This document shows positions 54,295 through 64,000 of a DNA stretch of 64,000 nt, piece after piece; within the stretch, counting starts at the first letter, position 1; every line of letters starts with the position of its first letter. The stretch is from assembly GCF_009914755.1 (NCBI RefSeq), contig NC_060930.1. The stretch is one strand, 5' to 3'. The notes below the pieces were generated by a model. That model did not search any database. It was not told where the DNA came from and was given only the letters and a program-made list of their open reading frames with translations. The translations under genes and the position numbers were made by a program. This DNA is from the human T2T-CHM13v2.0 reference genome, Homo sapiens.

Positions 54295-57028
54295 CTTTTC
54301 CATTGACTACATGAAAACAAATTATGTTAAATGAAAGATATTCCCAATACTTTATTTTGACTGAAATGCTTACATGTATCAATCCAATTATTTTAAAGTT
54401 TCATTCTCGTTGCTACTTTCCAGAGTCCCTTTATCTGATAATTATTTTTGTAAGAAAAAACCCATCAAAAAGTTATATTTACTAATATTTATGATTATTT
54501 TGACTATTTCATTAAATTTAAATGCAGCAAAAACTTAGAACTCTTTCAATTTTATTCCATATCTGAATAGAGACATTCATTCAATGCAAACAAAAGCTCT
54601 ATCAAAATTTTCTTTTTACAAACATAAATATTTCAAAGTACAAGCATACAGTTCAAAAATAAATTTTGAATACTGAGTTCTCAATATTGTTCTTCAGTTT
54701 TCTGTTTTATATAAATACAATTTAACTTCTTCCTGTTTGCATGCTTTTTTCAATAACTTGATTCGCTAATAGCATTAAAAACTAAAAATTTGAAGTATTA
54801 CATTCATTAAGTACTTTAAAGATTTTGTTTTTTTTTAATGCAACCAAAGTATTACAAAATAGTTCAATATAGGAAATATAGGAAACGTGTTCTGATTTAT
54901 GATATATGAAGTACTTCCTTATAGGCTCAACTGTATCTAAAATCAAATTATTACTGAATGACAAAGGAAGTCTATATTACCACCGTGAGATATTTTTTAT
55001 CCAACATCAGTGTATGAGAAAAATGTGTAGTTAGTTCATCTGAGTATATGTAAAATTAATTTTTGTCAACTATGGCTCCTGTTTAGGTTGTTCAAAATAG
55101 TACAGTTTGCTTGAACACACTTTTAAGGTATATGTGTACCACAAGCAATTATGAGGATAATTTTAATTTATAATTTTCTTTAAGTAAAACTTTTTATTTT
55201 CACCACACACAAAATTATTTTTTCTAAATGCTGAGTTTTTATCTGAATTTATATAGCCACAACACTATCAGGTATTTCAAAGAAAATTTTCCAAGGCTCA
55301 ACTTTGATTTCATAAATTGTAAGAAAAAGATCAAACTTTTATTCTGGTTAGCTGGTTTTCTATTCAAAGTAATGACATTGTTTATCAAACTGGAATAATT
55401 TAATTGATGCAAAGTTCTGCAAATGGATCCAAGATGTCCCTAGCTATACTTTTTGAATGTACAAGAAAACATAAAATTAAAAACGTGAGTAATTGTGAAT
55501 AAGTCATTTGCTGTAAATAAAAAGTTACATTACAACCCAGAATTTCATATCCAGCCAAACTAAGCTTCATAATCAAGGAGAAATAAAATCCTTTACAGAA
55601 AAGCAAATGCTGAGAGATTTTGTCACCACCAGACCTGCTTTACAAGAGCTCCTGAAGGAAGCACTAAACATGGAAAGGAACAATCGGTACCAGCCACTGC
55701 AAAAACATACCAAGTTTTAAAGACCATCAATGCTATGAAGAAACTGCATCAACTTTAAGAAACTATCATCAGAGTTAACAGACAACCTACAGAATGGGAG
55801 AAAATTTTTGCAATCTATCCATCTGACAAAGGGCTAATATCCAGAATCTACAAATAACTTAAATTTACAAAGAAAAAAACAAACAACCCCATCAAAAAGT
55901 GGGTGAAGGATATGAATAGACACTTCTCAAAACAAGACATTTATGAGGCCAACAAATATATGAAAAAAAGCTCATCATCACTGGTCATCAGTGATGCAAA
56001 TCAAATCAAAACCACAATGCAAATCAAAACCACAATGAGATACCATCTCACACCAGTTAGAATGGTGATCATTAAAAGTCAGGTAACAACAGATGCTGGA
56101 GAGGATGTGGAGAAATAGGAATGCTTTTACACTGTTGGTGGGAGTGTAAATTAGTTCAACCATTGTGGAAGACAGTGTGGTGATTCCTCAAGGAACTAGA
56201 AGTGGTAATACCATTTGACCCAGCAATTCCATTACTGGGTATATACCCAAAGGATTATAATCATTCTACTGTAAAGACATATGCACACGTATGTTTATTG
56301 TAGCACTATTCACAATAGCAAAGACTCGGAGCCAACCCAAATGCCCATCAGTGATAGAATGGATAAAGAAAATGTGGCACATATACACCATGGAATACTA
56401 TGCAGCCATAAAAAAGGATGAGTTCATGTCCTTTGCAGGGACATGGATGAAGCTGGAAACCATCATTCTCAGCAAACTAACACAAGAACAGAAAACCAAA
56501 CACGGCATGTTCTCTCTCATAAGTGGGAGTTGAACAATGAAAACACATGGACACAGGGAGGGGAACATCACACACCGGGGCTTGTCAGGGGGTGGGGGGC
56601 TACGGGAGGGATAGCATTAGGGGAAATGCCTAATGTAAGTGACTGGCTGATGGGTGCAGCAAACCAACAAGGCATGTGTATACCTATGTAAAAAACCTGC
56701 ACATTATGCACATGTACCCCAGAACTTAAAGTATAATAAAAAAAAATAAAAAGTTACATTTTTCAGAGTGGTATGCAAACACAGTCCTCTGCAGTTGCTT
56801 GTGATCTGCCATTTTCCAGCATAATCTTCTCAAAATAATTGCTTGTATTTGAAGTTGAGGATAAGGATTTTTCTGCAGGCTAGGTCTTCTGTTTTTCATC
56901 TGGTCAGTGATAACATTATGGCACCCATAGTGAATGATAAATGTCAACAGTAGTGAAAGTACACATGCATGTTACCTTCTTGGGATATAGAAATCCAGAA
57001 CATAATTTTTGTGTGGTTCTGGCATTCA
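54295..57028 (-). pseudogene. Long pseudo-exon starting MPEPHKNYVLDFYIPRR*HACVLSLL...RPSLQKNPYPQ..., interrupted by L1; 3' end uncertain (54374 or 54295)
   Basis: Acceptor attctaagtcattctatttcag|. The frame continues across the L1 TSD once the insertion is removed. Protein-like stretches at 55440-55250 and 54964-54785. Several frameshifts are needed. Confidence 0.5.
55532..56743 (+). mobile_element. L1PA7-like insertion with ~3 kb internal deletion
   Basis: ORF1 end and spacer (55532-55754) fused to ORF2 end and 3' UTR; 17-bp TSD aaataaaaagttacatt at 55515 and 56744. Confidence 0.92.
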
Positions 57029-57572
57029 CTGAAATAGAATGACTTAGAATAAGGTAACATCTTGAATACATTGAAAAGAACACTCTTGGTCTTGAAGAAA
57101 TCTCTACAGACATTGGTAGGTGACATCTCTGGGACCAGACACACCTGCTAAGCTGGGCTAGCTCAAGCACAAATCTATGCTCCCCTTAAGCACTCAGCTT
57201 TGTCAAGAATAGATTTGTAGAACTTGCTTGGGCAGAACTAATTAAAATAAAAGAAGAAGAAGGATAAAGACATAGAAAAGATTTAAAACAAAGAAAAATT
57301 AAAAAACAGAACTCCGTGAGACAATTAAAAAATGGAAAAAGTTATAGAAATTCTGAAATTAAAATAAAAACTGTAGAAACAGTAAAAATTAAGTAAATGT
57401 CTCATTAAACATAAACCAGTTCATTGCTACTAAATGATTTTATTGGAAAATAAAAAAATGGGTTGCCATAAAATAGGTAATTGTAGTTTTACACTAAATG
57501 ATAAAAGCACTCCAGACCTTTCTGTGGACTCAATGACCTCTTTCTCCTGTACACATTTCAGATATATCTGAC

Positions 57573-57774
57573 CTATGTTTTTCTGTGTCCCCCACAGATC
57601 ATGTAGGCTGATGATCTGGTATCTTTCATGTATCTTTCAGGTAGTGAAGACACTTCTGATCTTCAGAAAGATAGCAGTGTCTAATGCTGTTTTCAGCTCC
57701 TTGCGCTTAGCACCCAGCACAAGCACCTTGTCTGTGTACACTTGGTTTATCAGCAGGTGCCTTCCAGCTGTCGT
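57573..57774 (-). pseudogene. Pseudo-exon TTAGRHLLINQVYTDKVLVLGAKRKELKTALDTAIFLKIRSVFTT*KIHERYQIISLHDLWGTQKNI (phase 0/1)
   Basis: Strong acceptor ctttcctatcctttccctttcaag| and donor G|gtcaga. Single TGA at 57639-57637. Confidence 0.75.
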
Positions 57775-58397
57775 CTTGAAAGGGAAAGGATAGGAAAGCT
57801 TGGAAAAAGAGAGACAGGTTATTGCTGCTTGTCTTTCTTATTTATCTGCATATTAAAATGAAAAATATGTCCACTGTACATTTGTTTTATTAAATACTAA
57901 AGGAGGCTAATGCAGATGCTGAAAATGCAAAGTAGAATTCTATCAAAACCATCTCATCTTATTTTAGAGCAACATTTCATTATACTATTCAGTAAAAAAT
58001 AAATAAATAAATAATCCAAGACAAATCTAAATCAGGATGCCAAGATAGTCAATATAAATTGAAAATATTTCAGGCCAACTGAGATGGATATATGATCATT
58101 CTATTTCTTAGGCAAAAGTCTGCTGCCCTCTTCAATAAATGAACAAAATATTGACATCACTTATAAATCCTTTACTGATTGATTCCATTTAGCTTCAGTT
58201 ATTCTATTTTCTTCAGATTTGTTTATGTGTTAGTGTGCTTAGTTCTTTGTAGATGGATAATTTGACATCTACTTTGTATATTTTTCTATAGTGTATTCTT
58301 AGGTAAATCTTTTCTGTTTGTGTTTGTATGTGTTGTAGTGGTGGATATACCTGTAAAATTAACTGTTTCATTTCCTGGGGACTCGAGATCTACTTGT

Positions 58398-58720
58398 CTT
58401 TTTTAAACAGATTGATTGACATATAATTCACATACCTTACAATTCACCTACTTAAAGTGAACTCAATGTTTTCAGTAAATTCACAGGACTGTGCTATCAT
58501 CAACATAGTCTAACTTTAGAACATTTTTGACCTCCCTCAAAAGCCCTAAGCAACTGCTAATCTATTTTATGTCACTGTAGAAAGGTTCTTCCCTGTTATA
58601 ACATACCTTAGTCCTTATTTTTTTTACTTCCAAATATATCCTGTTGTATGCATGTATGAAACTTTATTTATCCATGCATGAGTTGACGAACATTTGACTA
58701 ATTTCATATAGTTACTTGTA
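58398..58720 (-). mobile_element. L1MB 3' end
   Basis: gacatataattcacatacc..aattcacctacttaaagtg. Confidence 0.75.
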
Positions 58721-58723
58721 TAC

Positions 58724-59020
58724 TTTTTTTTTTTTTTTGGAGATGGAGTCTCGCTCTGTCGCCCAGGCTAGAGTGCAATGGTGCAATCTTGGCTCACTGC
58801 AACTTCTGCCTCCTGGGTTCAAGCAATTCTCTGGCTCAGCCTCCTGTGTAGCTGGGATTACAGGAGCCTGCCACCATGCCGGGCTAATTTTTTTGTATTT
58901 TTAGTAGAAACGGGGTTTCACCATCTTGGCCAGGATGGTCTTGAACTCCTGACCTCATGATCCACCTGCCTCGGCCTCCTAAAGTGCTGGGATTACCGGC
59001 GTGAGCCACCGTGCCCCGCC
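58724..59020 (-). mobile_element. AluS
   Basis: Full dimer, antisense. Confidence 0.93.
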
Positions 59021-59928
59021 TTTATTTTTATATGATATTACTTCACTGTTCATAATTTACTGGTCACAATGAAGTTCTTGTAAAATTTGGGAAAACTAGA
59101 CCCTTATATGGTCTTTCAAAGTTTTTATATGCTAAATGTAGGATTTTGGTGGCCGCATTTCCCAGCATATAAAGAAAGCTATACCATATTGAAGGTCACT
59201 TATATTAATATAGAGGAAAGAGATAAAAAATAGAATTCAAATTTTAGAGGTATATTCTTTACTGGTTCCAGTGTTGAGAAGCCTAGCTACACCTTGCCTT
59301 GTTTGTAGTTCTGTTGTCCATCTCTTCTTTGGATTCTTCTACCCAATGCAGTCCTCATTCTTCAACCAAAAGAATAATTTTTGGGGTAAATTTCTCCTAG
59401 GGAAATGAATAAAATAATGTCTCAGAACAATCATCTCTATGTGGATTAATAGGAGATTCAGTGAACCACTTCCTATTGCCCTAAATTGGCCACTTTGATA
59501 GAATCTTGGGGAGAGGTAACCCTAAGAGTATCCTAAAGAAAGCAAAAAAAAAAATGGTACTAGGCATCTCAGGATTTTATTAAGTTTTGCAAATACACAC
59601 AGAGATGCACACACCCACCCCCAACAATAAGCAACAGAACAATACTTCTTCCAACTATTAACTTCCCAGTTAGTATAATAAGATGGAAGTATGAATTTAG
59701 GACAGTAATAAACAAAGGCTTTAAATTAGGACATGTTGTCCATTAGTGAGTGTTGTGGCTTTATCCTCCTTTTGTTATGATAAACTCCCTTCTCTCTTCA
59801 ATGGCATATACATGGAGGGAACCTGCAGGGATACCAGCAAGACTCACATATGAATCTGCTTAAGAGCCAGCATTAGGATGCTGGTGATCTGGTTGGCGGT
59901 GGTGTGGAAATCACTGGGTGATCATTCT

Positions 59929-60237
59929 TTTTTTTTTTCTTTTTTTTTTTTTTTTGAGACGGAGTCTCGCTCTGTTGCCCAGGCTGGAGTGCAGTAGTGT
60001 GATGTTGGTTCACTGCAGCCTCCATCTCCCGGGTTCAAGAAATTCTTCTGCCTCAGCCGCCTCCTGAATAGCTGGGACTACAGGTGTGTGCTGCCTTGCC
60101 CAGCTTATTTTTGTATTTTTAGTAGAGACGGGGTTTCACCATGTTGGCCAGGATGCCCTTGATCTCCCGACCTCGTGATCTGCCCACCTTGGCCTCCAAC
60201 AGTGCTGGGAGTACAGGCGTGAGCCACCGCACCTGGC
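59929..60237 (-). mobile_element. AluS
   Basis: Full dimer; TSD tgggt(g/c)atcattct. Confidence 0.93.
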
Positions 60238-61217
60238 CTTGGGTCATCATTCTTGAGAAGAAAAGCAGTGACAGTTAAGGAGGAAGTCTTGCAGCAGCAA
60301 GACATTTTGTCTTTCCAATTCCTGAGTCTTCACTCGCAAAAGGAAAAAGATGGGATGCCCCACTAGAGGGAGGAGAGGAGAAGCAGAAGAGCAGGCCCAA
60401 ATCCCTCTGGGTCCATCACTGAGGGAAGGGAAGGAGAAGAGCAAGACATTGGAAGAGCAACTGAATTTTTATCCTAGATGGAATTGTTATACTTAAAAGT
60501 GACCAAAGAATTTTAAAAAACTAAAATCATTTTAAGTTTAGATTGTTCAATGAACTAGTTACATATGCAGCATTTTTTCCAACATTCACAGTAATGGCAG
60601 AGATAAAACATGTTGGAGTGTGTGTGTGTGTGTGTGTATTTCTGGAGAGGAGGGGGACAGCTTTCACAAAAATGTGGAAGATCATAAGCTTTGAGATCAA
60701 ATAGAGACCAGAGACAATCTATTCCAAAGACTCAAAAGAGGTAATGAGAAAGCAAACTCAGATAACATATCCTGCCAAGTGCACATACCCTTCTGAAGGT
60801 CATGGGTGGCCTTTCCCATAAAGATTCAGAGCGCATGCTGCTTCATGGCTTCAAACATTTTCCCCTTGTTATTTGGTTTTCTTAACATCATCCATCATCT
60901 GAAAAGCCCCTCAAAACACTGAAATCATAACTTTTCCTGGTTTAGAATGAATCTTAATTTGTTTCCCCATGCCTTGCTAGGAAAATGGCTGGGTAGTGGG
61001 TGACAACTATCAGCTATTTTCAGCATTAACAGACCTTACAGGTACTGAATAATTATGGCTGCATGTTTTGAATGTTAACATTTTCACATGAACAGGGAGT
61101 GCCATTTGGCCTGCAATGCTTTGCTTGAATATCTTACTTTGTAGGTCTTTGGATCTTTCATCCAGCAGGATTTTTATTCTTCTTTAGTCACTTGTTCAGG
61201 GTGGGCCTTGTGATTAC

Positions 61218-61341
61218 CTTATATTCTCCTGTTGGCATCCAAGCAAGCTCTTGAGTAGATGTGGGGTTGGGGACATAAAAGAGAATGCAGTCCTCAGAAG
61301 GTTATACCAGATTTTCATAAAGACTTGTAAATGTAAAAGAG
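61218..61341 (-). pseudogene. Pseudo-exon SFTFTSLYENLV*PSEDCILFYVPNPTSTQELAWMPTGEYK (phase 2/0)
   Basis: Acceptor cctaatttaacag| and donor AAG|gtaatc. 124 nt with one in-frame TAA. Phase fits both neighbours. Confidence 0.65.
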
Positions 61342-61849
61342 CTGTTAAATTAGGTATGTGTAATGTTGAGAAGAAATACCTAAACTTTTCATTGTTCACA
61401 TAGTTTTAGATGCATTTTTAAATAATATACAGGATATTTTTGTCATTTTAAATACTGCCTTTAACCAGCATTGTCTTATAAAAGGCCACATTTTAACATA
61501 CAAGAGCAGCATCTTTATTACTACACTATACAATATATAATTAACTCATAAATGATTCAGCTTCATTAGCATAAAAAAGAATTATAGCACAAGCTTTTGT
61601 AAGCATGTGTTAAGGTTATTGTCGTTGCTATGGCAGGCTTCATGATACTCTGATACTCTTAGGAGCCTTCCTGTCTTTAGCTCTGAGAGGTTATCTATTA
61701 GATTCTAAATCAGAGGGTGTTTGTTCTTAAAATCCCATTATGGTTGTTATTATTAGAAAGGCAACAAAGTAAAAGACAGCACATGCTCTAGATAAGACAT
61801 ACCTATAGTCAGTCCTCAGACTCTCCAGTCAGCAAAAGTTCGTCAAAGG

Positions 61850-62065
61850 ATGATGAGAAAAAGAATAAAGAGAAAGAATACTATAGGAGGAAAAAAGAGT
61901 ATAAGAGGAAGGTAGCTGCAAAAAGTAGAGGCAAGGAGGAGAAAAAGGAGCAAGTAGAATGAGGAGAGGAGCTGGTAGGATGAGCAGGATTGAGTTTGAG
62001 AGAAGAGAGGGAAAGGAGGAGAGAAGTAGGAATAAGAGAACAGAAGATGAAGACAGGGAGGAAAT
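61850..62065. repeat. GA-rich low-complexity tract
   Basis: Read directly from the sequence. Confidence 0.75.
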
Positions 62066-62269
62066 AATTGAGTGGTGCACACAGTGCACAGCACAGGAGA
62101 GTCTCCCGGGAACAGCTCAGGATTCTTGAACAGGTCTTACTGCTTCCAAAACTGTCTTCTCATGTGGGTCAAGATTTTAGAAACAGGAAATATGAAGCCT
62201 TTTGAAAGGTTCACTATACATGTTATTTGGATTGAAAAACATGATTTTTATTGTCTAGTATTTTAAAAC

Positions 62270-62830
62270 TTTCAACTGGCAAAATGTTTGAACATTTTTT
62301 ACATTTTAAAATTTGTAATGTGCATTTTGGGACTTTATATTTCCTAAAAATACATGGAATTCATTTTTTAAAAGAAATGAGATCAGAGCAACTCTCTTTT
62401 CCACGTTAACTGTATTTCATTTACTCTTTTCATTTATTGAATATTCTTCTAACAACATTTTAACTGGTGCAAAGTAGTTCAGTGTACTAGAATTCTGTGA
62501 ACCATTGTTTATTTATTCCATTCCCATGAGGGGGTTTTTTAAGGACACATTTGATGTTTTCAGTTTGCTTTCTGCATTGTAAACTGAAGAGTACTAGAAA
62601 ATCTTTATATATACATTTGTGTGCATATTATTTATTGTTTCCTTAGCATCCATTACATAAAGATAATTCAAATTAATGAGTTTGTGAATTTTCTGTTTTT
62701 TTATTACTCATTATCAAATTGTTCCTCAAAAAGTTATTGATTGACATCCTTCTAGCATTACATGAATAGCACCTAGTTTAGAATGTTTCTACATTTCTCA
62801 ATGATTAGTGAAAATGTGGAATTATTCTAC
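62270..62830 (-). mobile_element. Ancient L1ME-like fragment
   Basis: Degenerate antisense L1 3' motifs (gacacatttgatgttttcagttt). Confidence 0.45.
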
Positions 62831-63057
62831 TTATCTGAATGATATGCAATTGAAAAAAATGTTTTGAAGATTAAAGGGGGCTATAATAATCTTAATAAGA
62901 ACAAAGAATAAGAAATTATCTCTACCAGTGGTTTTAAAAAATCCTTAAATAATGTTCTAAAGACAGTATAAATGTTTGGATGGGAAGAACTGGTTATTAA
63001 TACTAAAGTCAGGCCTATAGACTTAAAAATCCACTGCTATTTGACTAAAGACCTTAC

Positions 63058-63300
63058 TTTTTCTTTTCTTCCCATCTCTGGCTGCACGTTATAAACAAAT
63101 TACTTATGGAGTTATATAAATGATCATCTTCTGCCAAAATTATCCAAATCAGCTCTTTAATATACTTTGCTGTATATTCTGTGCATACCAGCTTTAGTTT
63201 ACATAAGGTACATTTTAAGCTTTTTCCAGTGTAGAAGAGTTTGTCTATTTGCATTCAAATGTGACTCATAAATTATTTTGATAACTTACTATAATAAATA
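63058..63300 (-). pseudogene. Pseudo-exon (...EYTAKYIKELIWIILAEDDHLYNSISNLFITCSQRWEEKK), ends phase 2
   Basis: Donor AA|gtaagg after 63058. Open frame 63254-63058. Acceptor uncertain (~63288 or 63300). Confidence 0.55.
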
Positions 63301-64000
63301 CTGAAACTATAATAAGTTCTTAAGTATTAGAACAATTAAAACATAGTCATATCAATTATATTTTAAGGTTATAAAACGGTAACTCCAACTATAATCATTT
63401 CAATTGATTTCAGAGAGTGCCCTTCACCGAAACCATACACAGAAAAGGAGAATCTGAACTTATATAACTGATAAAATAAAATTATCATTTATGAAGGAAT
63501 TTAAAAATTGTTACTGATTCCTTAAAATCCATTCTAAAAACTGATTGACAGTTATAAATAAATATAGTGTTTTTCAATAGCTTCAACTTTTGGCCATCTC
63601 AAAAAGCTTTATTAAATAATTTTAATAGATAATTTGTTTCACCGTAAATCAGCTTTTTTTTTTCTCTCTCTCTTTCGGACTTTCCTTAGTCTTTTCCTTT
63701 TATCTATTTCTCAACATTACCGCCCTCTGCACCCCTGCTCCCTGAGCAACTTAATACTCAAAACTAAAATTATTATTTTGCCTCTAATAAATCATGTCTC
63801 AAAATGAAATTTACCCTGGAAAATAAATCTGGATTTAGAAAGCACACATTCTATGGAGAGGAAGAAAATAAAGATCTAAATTGAAAATGAGGATGGTTTT
63901 ATAATCAGTTAGCTGAAAATAGGAGAACTGCCCAAGTGAAAATTATGTATCTTTTCTACTGAGAGAATATTCGAAGCTGATAATATATTTTAGGTAGAAT

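Noticed and set aside
57568-57645. Good-looking plus-strand acceptor (ctgac..tttttctgtgtcccccacag) and ORF 57575-57793
   Set aside because: No partner plus-strand exons were found, and it is the antisense of the better-supported minus-strand exon. An antisense lncRNA exon is not excluded.

Overview
This is AT-rich, repeat-dense human genomic DNA; an AluYb8 at 40702-41013 is human-specific. There are no rRNA, tRNA or CRISPR features and no gene I can name. Roughly half of the window is transposon relics: L1 (PA, PB and M families), L2, MIR, Alu, MaLR LTRs (THE1, MST, MLT1), MLT2, solo MER11 and LTR12C LTRs, and a near full-length Tigger4/Zombi. The main result comes from the unique DNA between the repeats. 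On the minus strand it holds a long series of AG...GT-bounded segments, from about 63.3 kb down to at least 14.7 kb and possibly 5.7 kb. Their reading phases largely join up, and they translate into protein-like sequence with scattered premature stops, frameshifts and one exonic L1 insertion. This looks like a large decayed multi-exon gene (candidate unitary pseudogene). Its N-terminal part appears to be an internal tandem duplication with a conserved phase-1 intron. Four consecutive exons (40556-30211) are still stop-free from a strong-Kozak ATG, with an RFX X-box upstream and a sense-oriented LTR12C in one intron. Exons were found by eye and repeat subfamilies were called from remembered consensus motifs; no searches were run.
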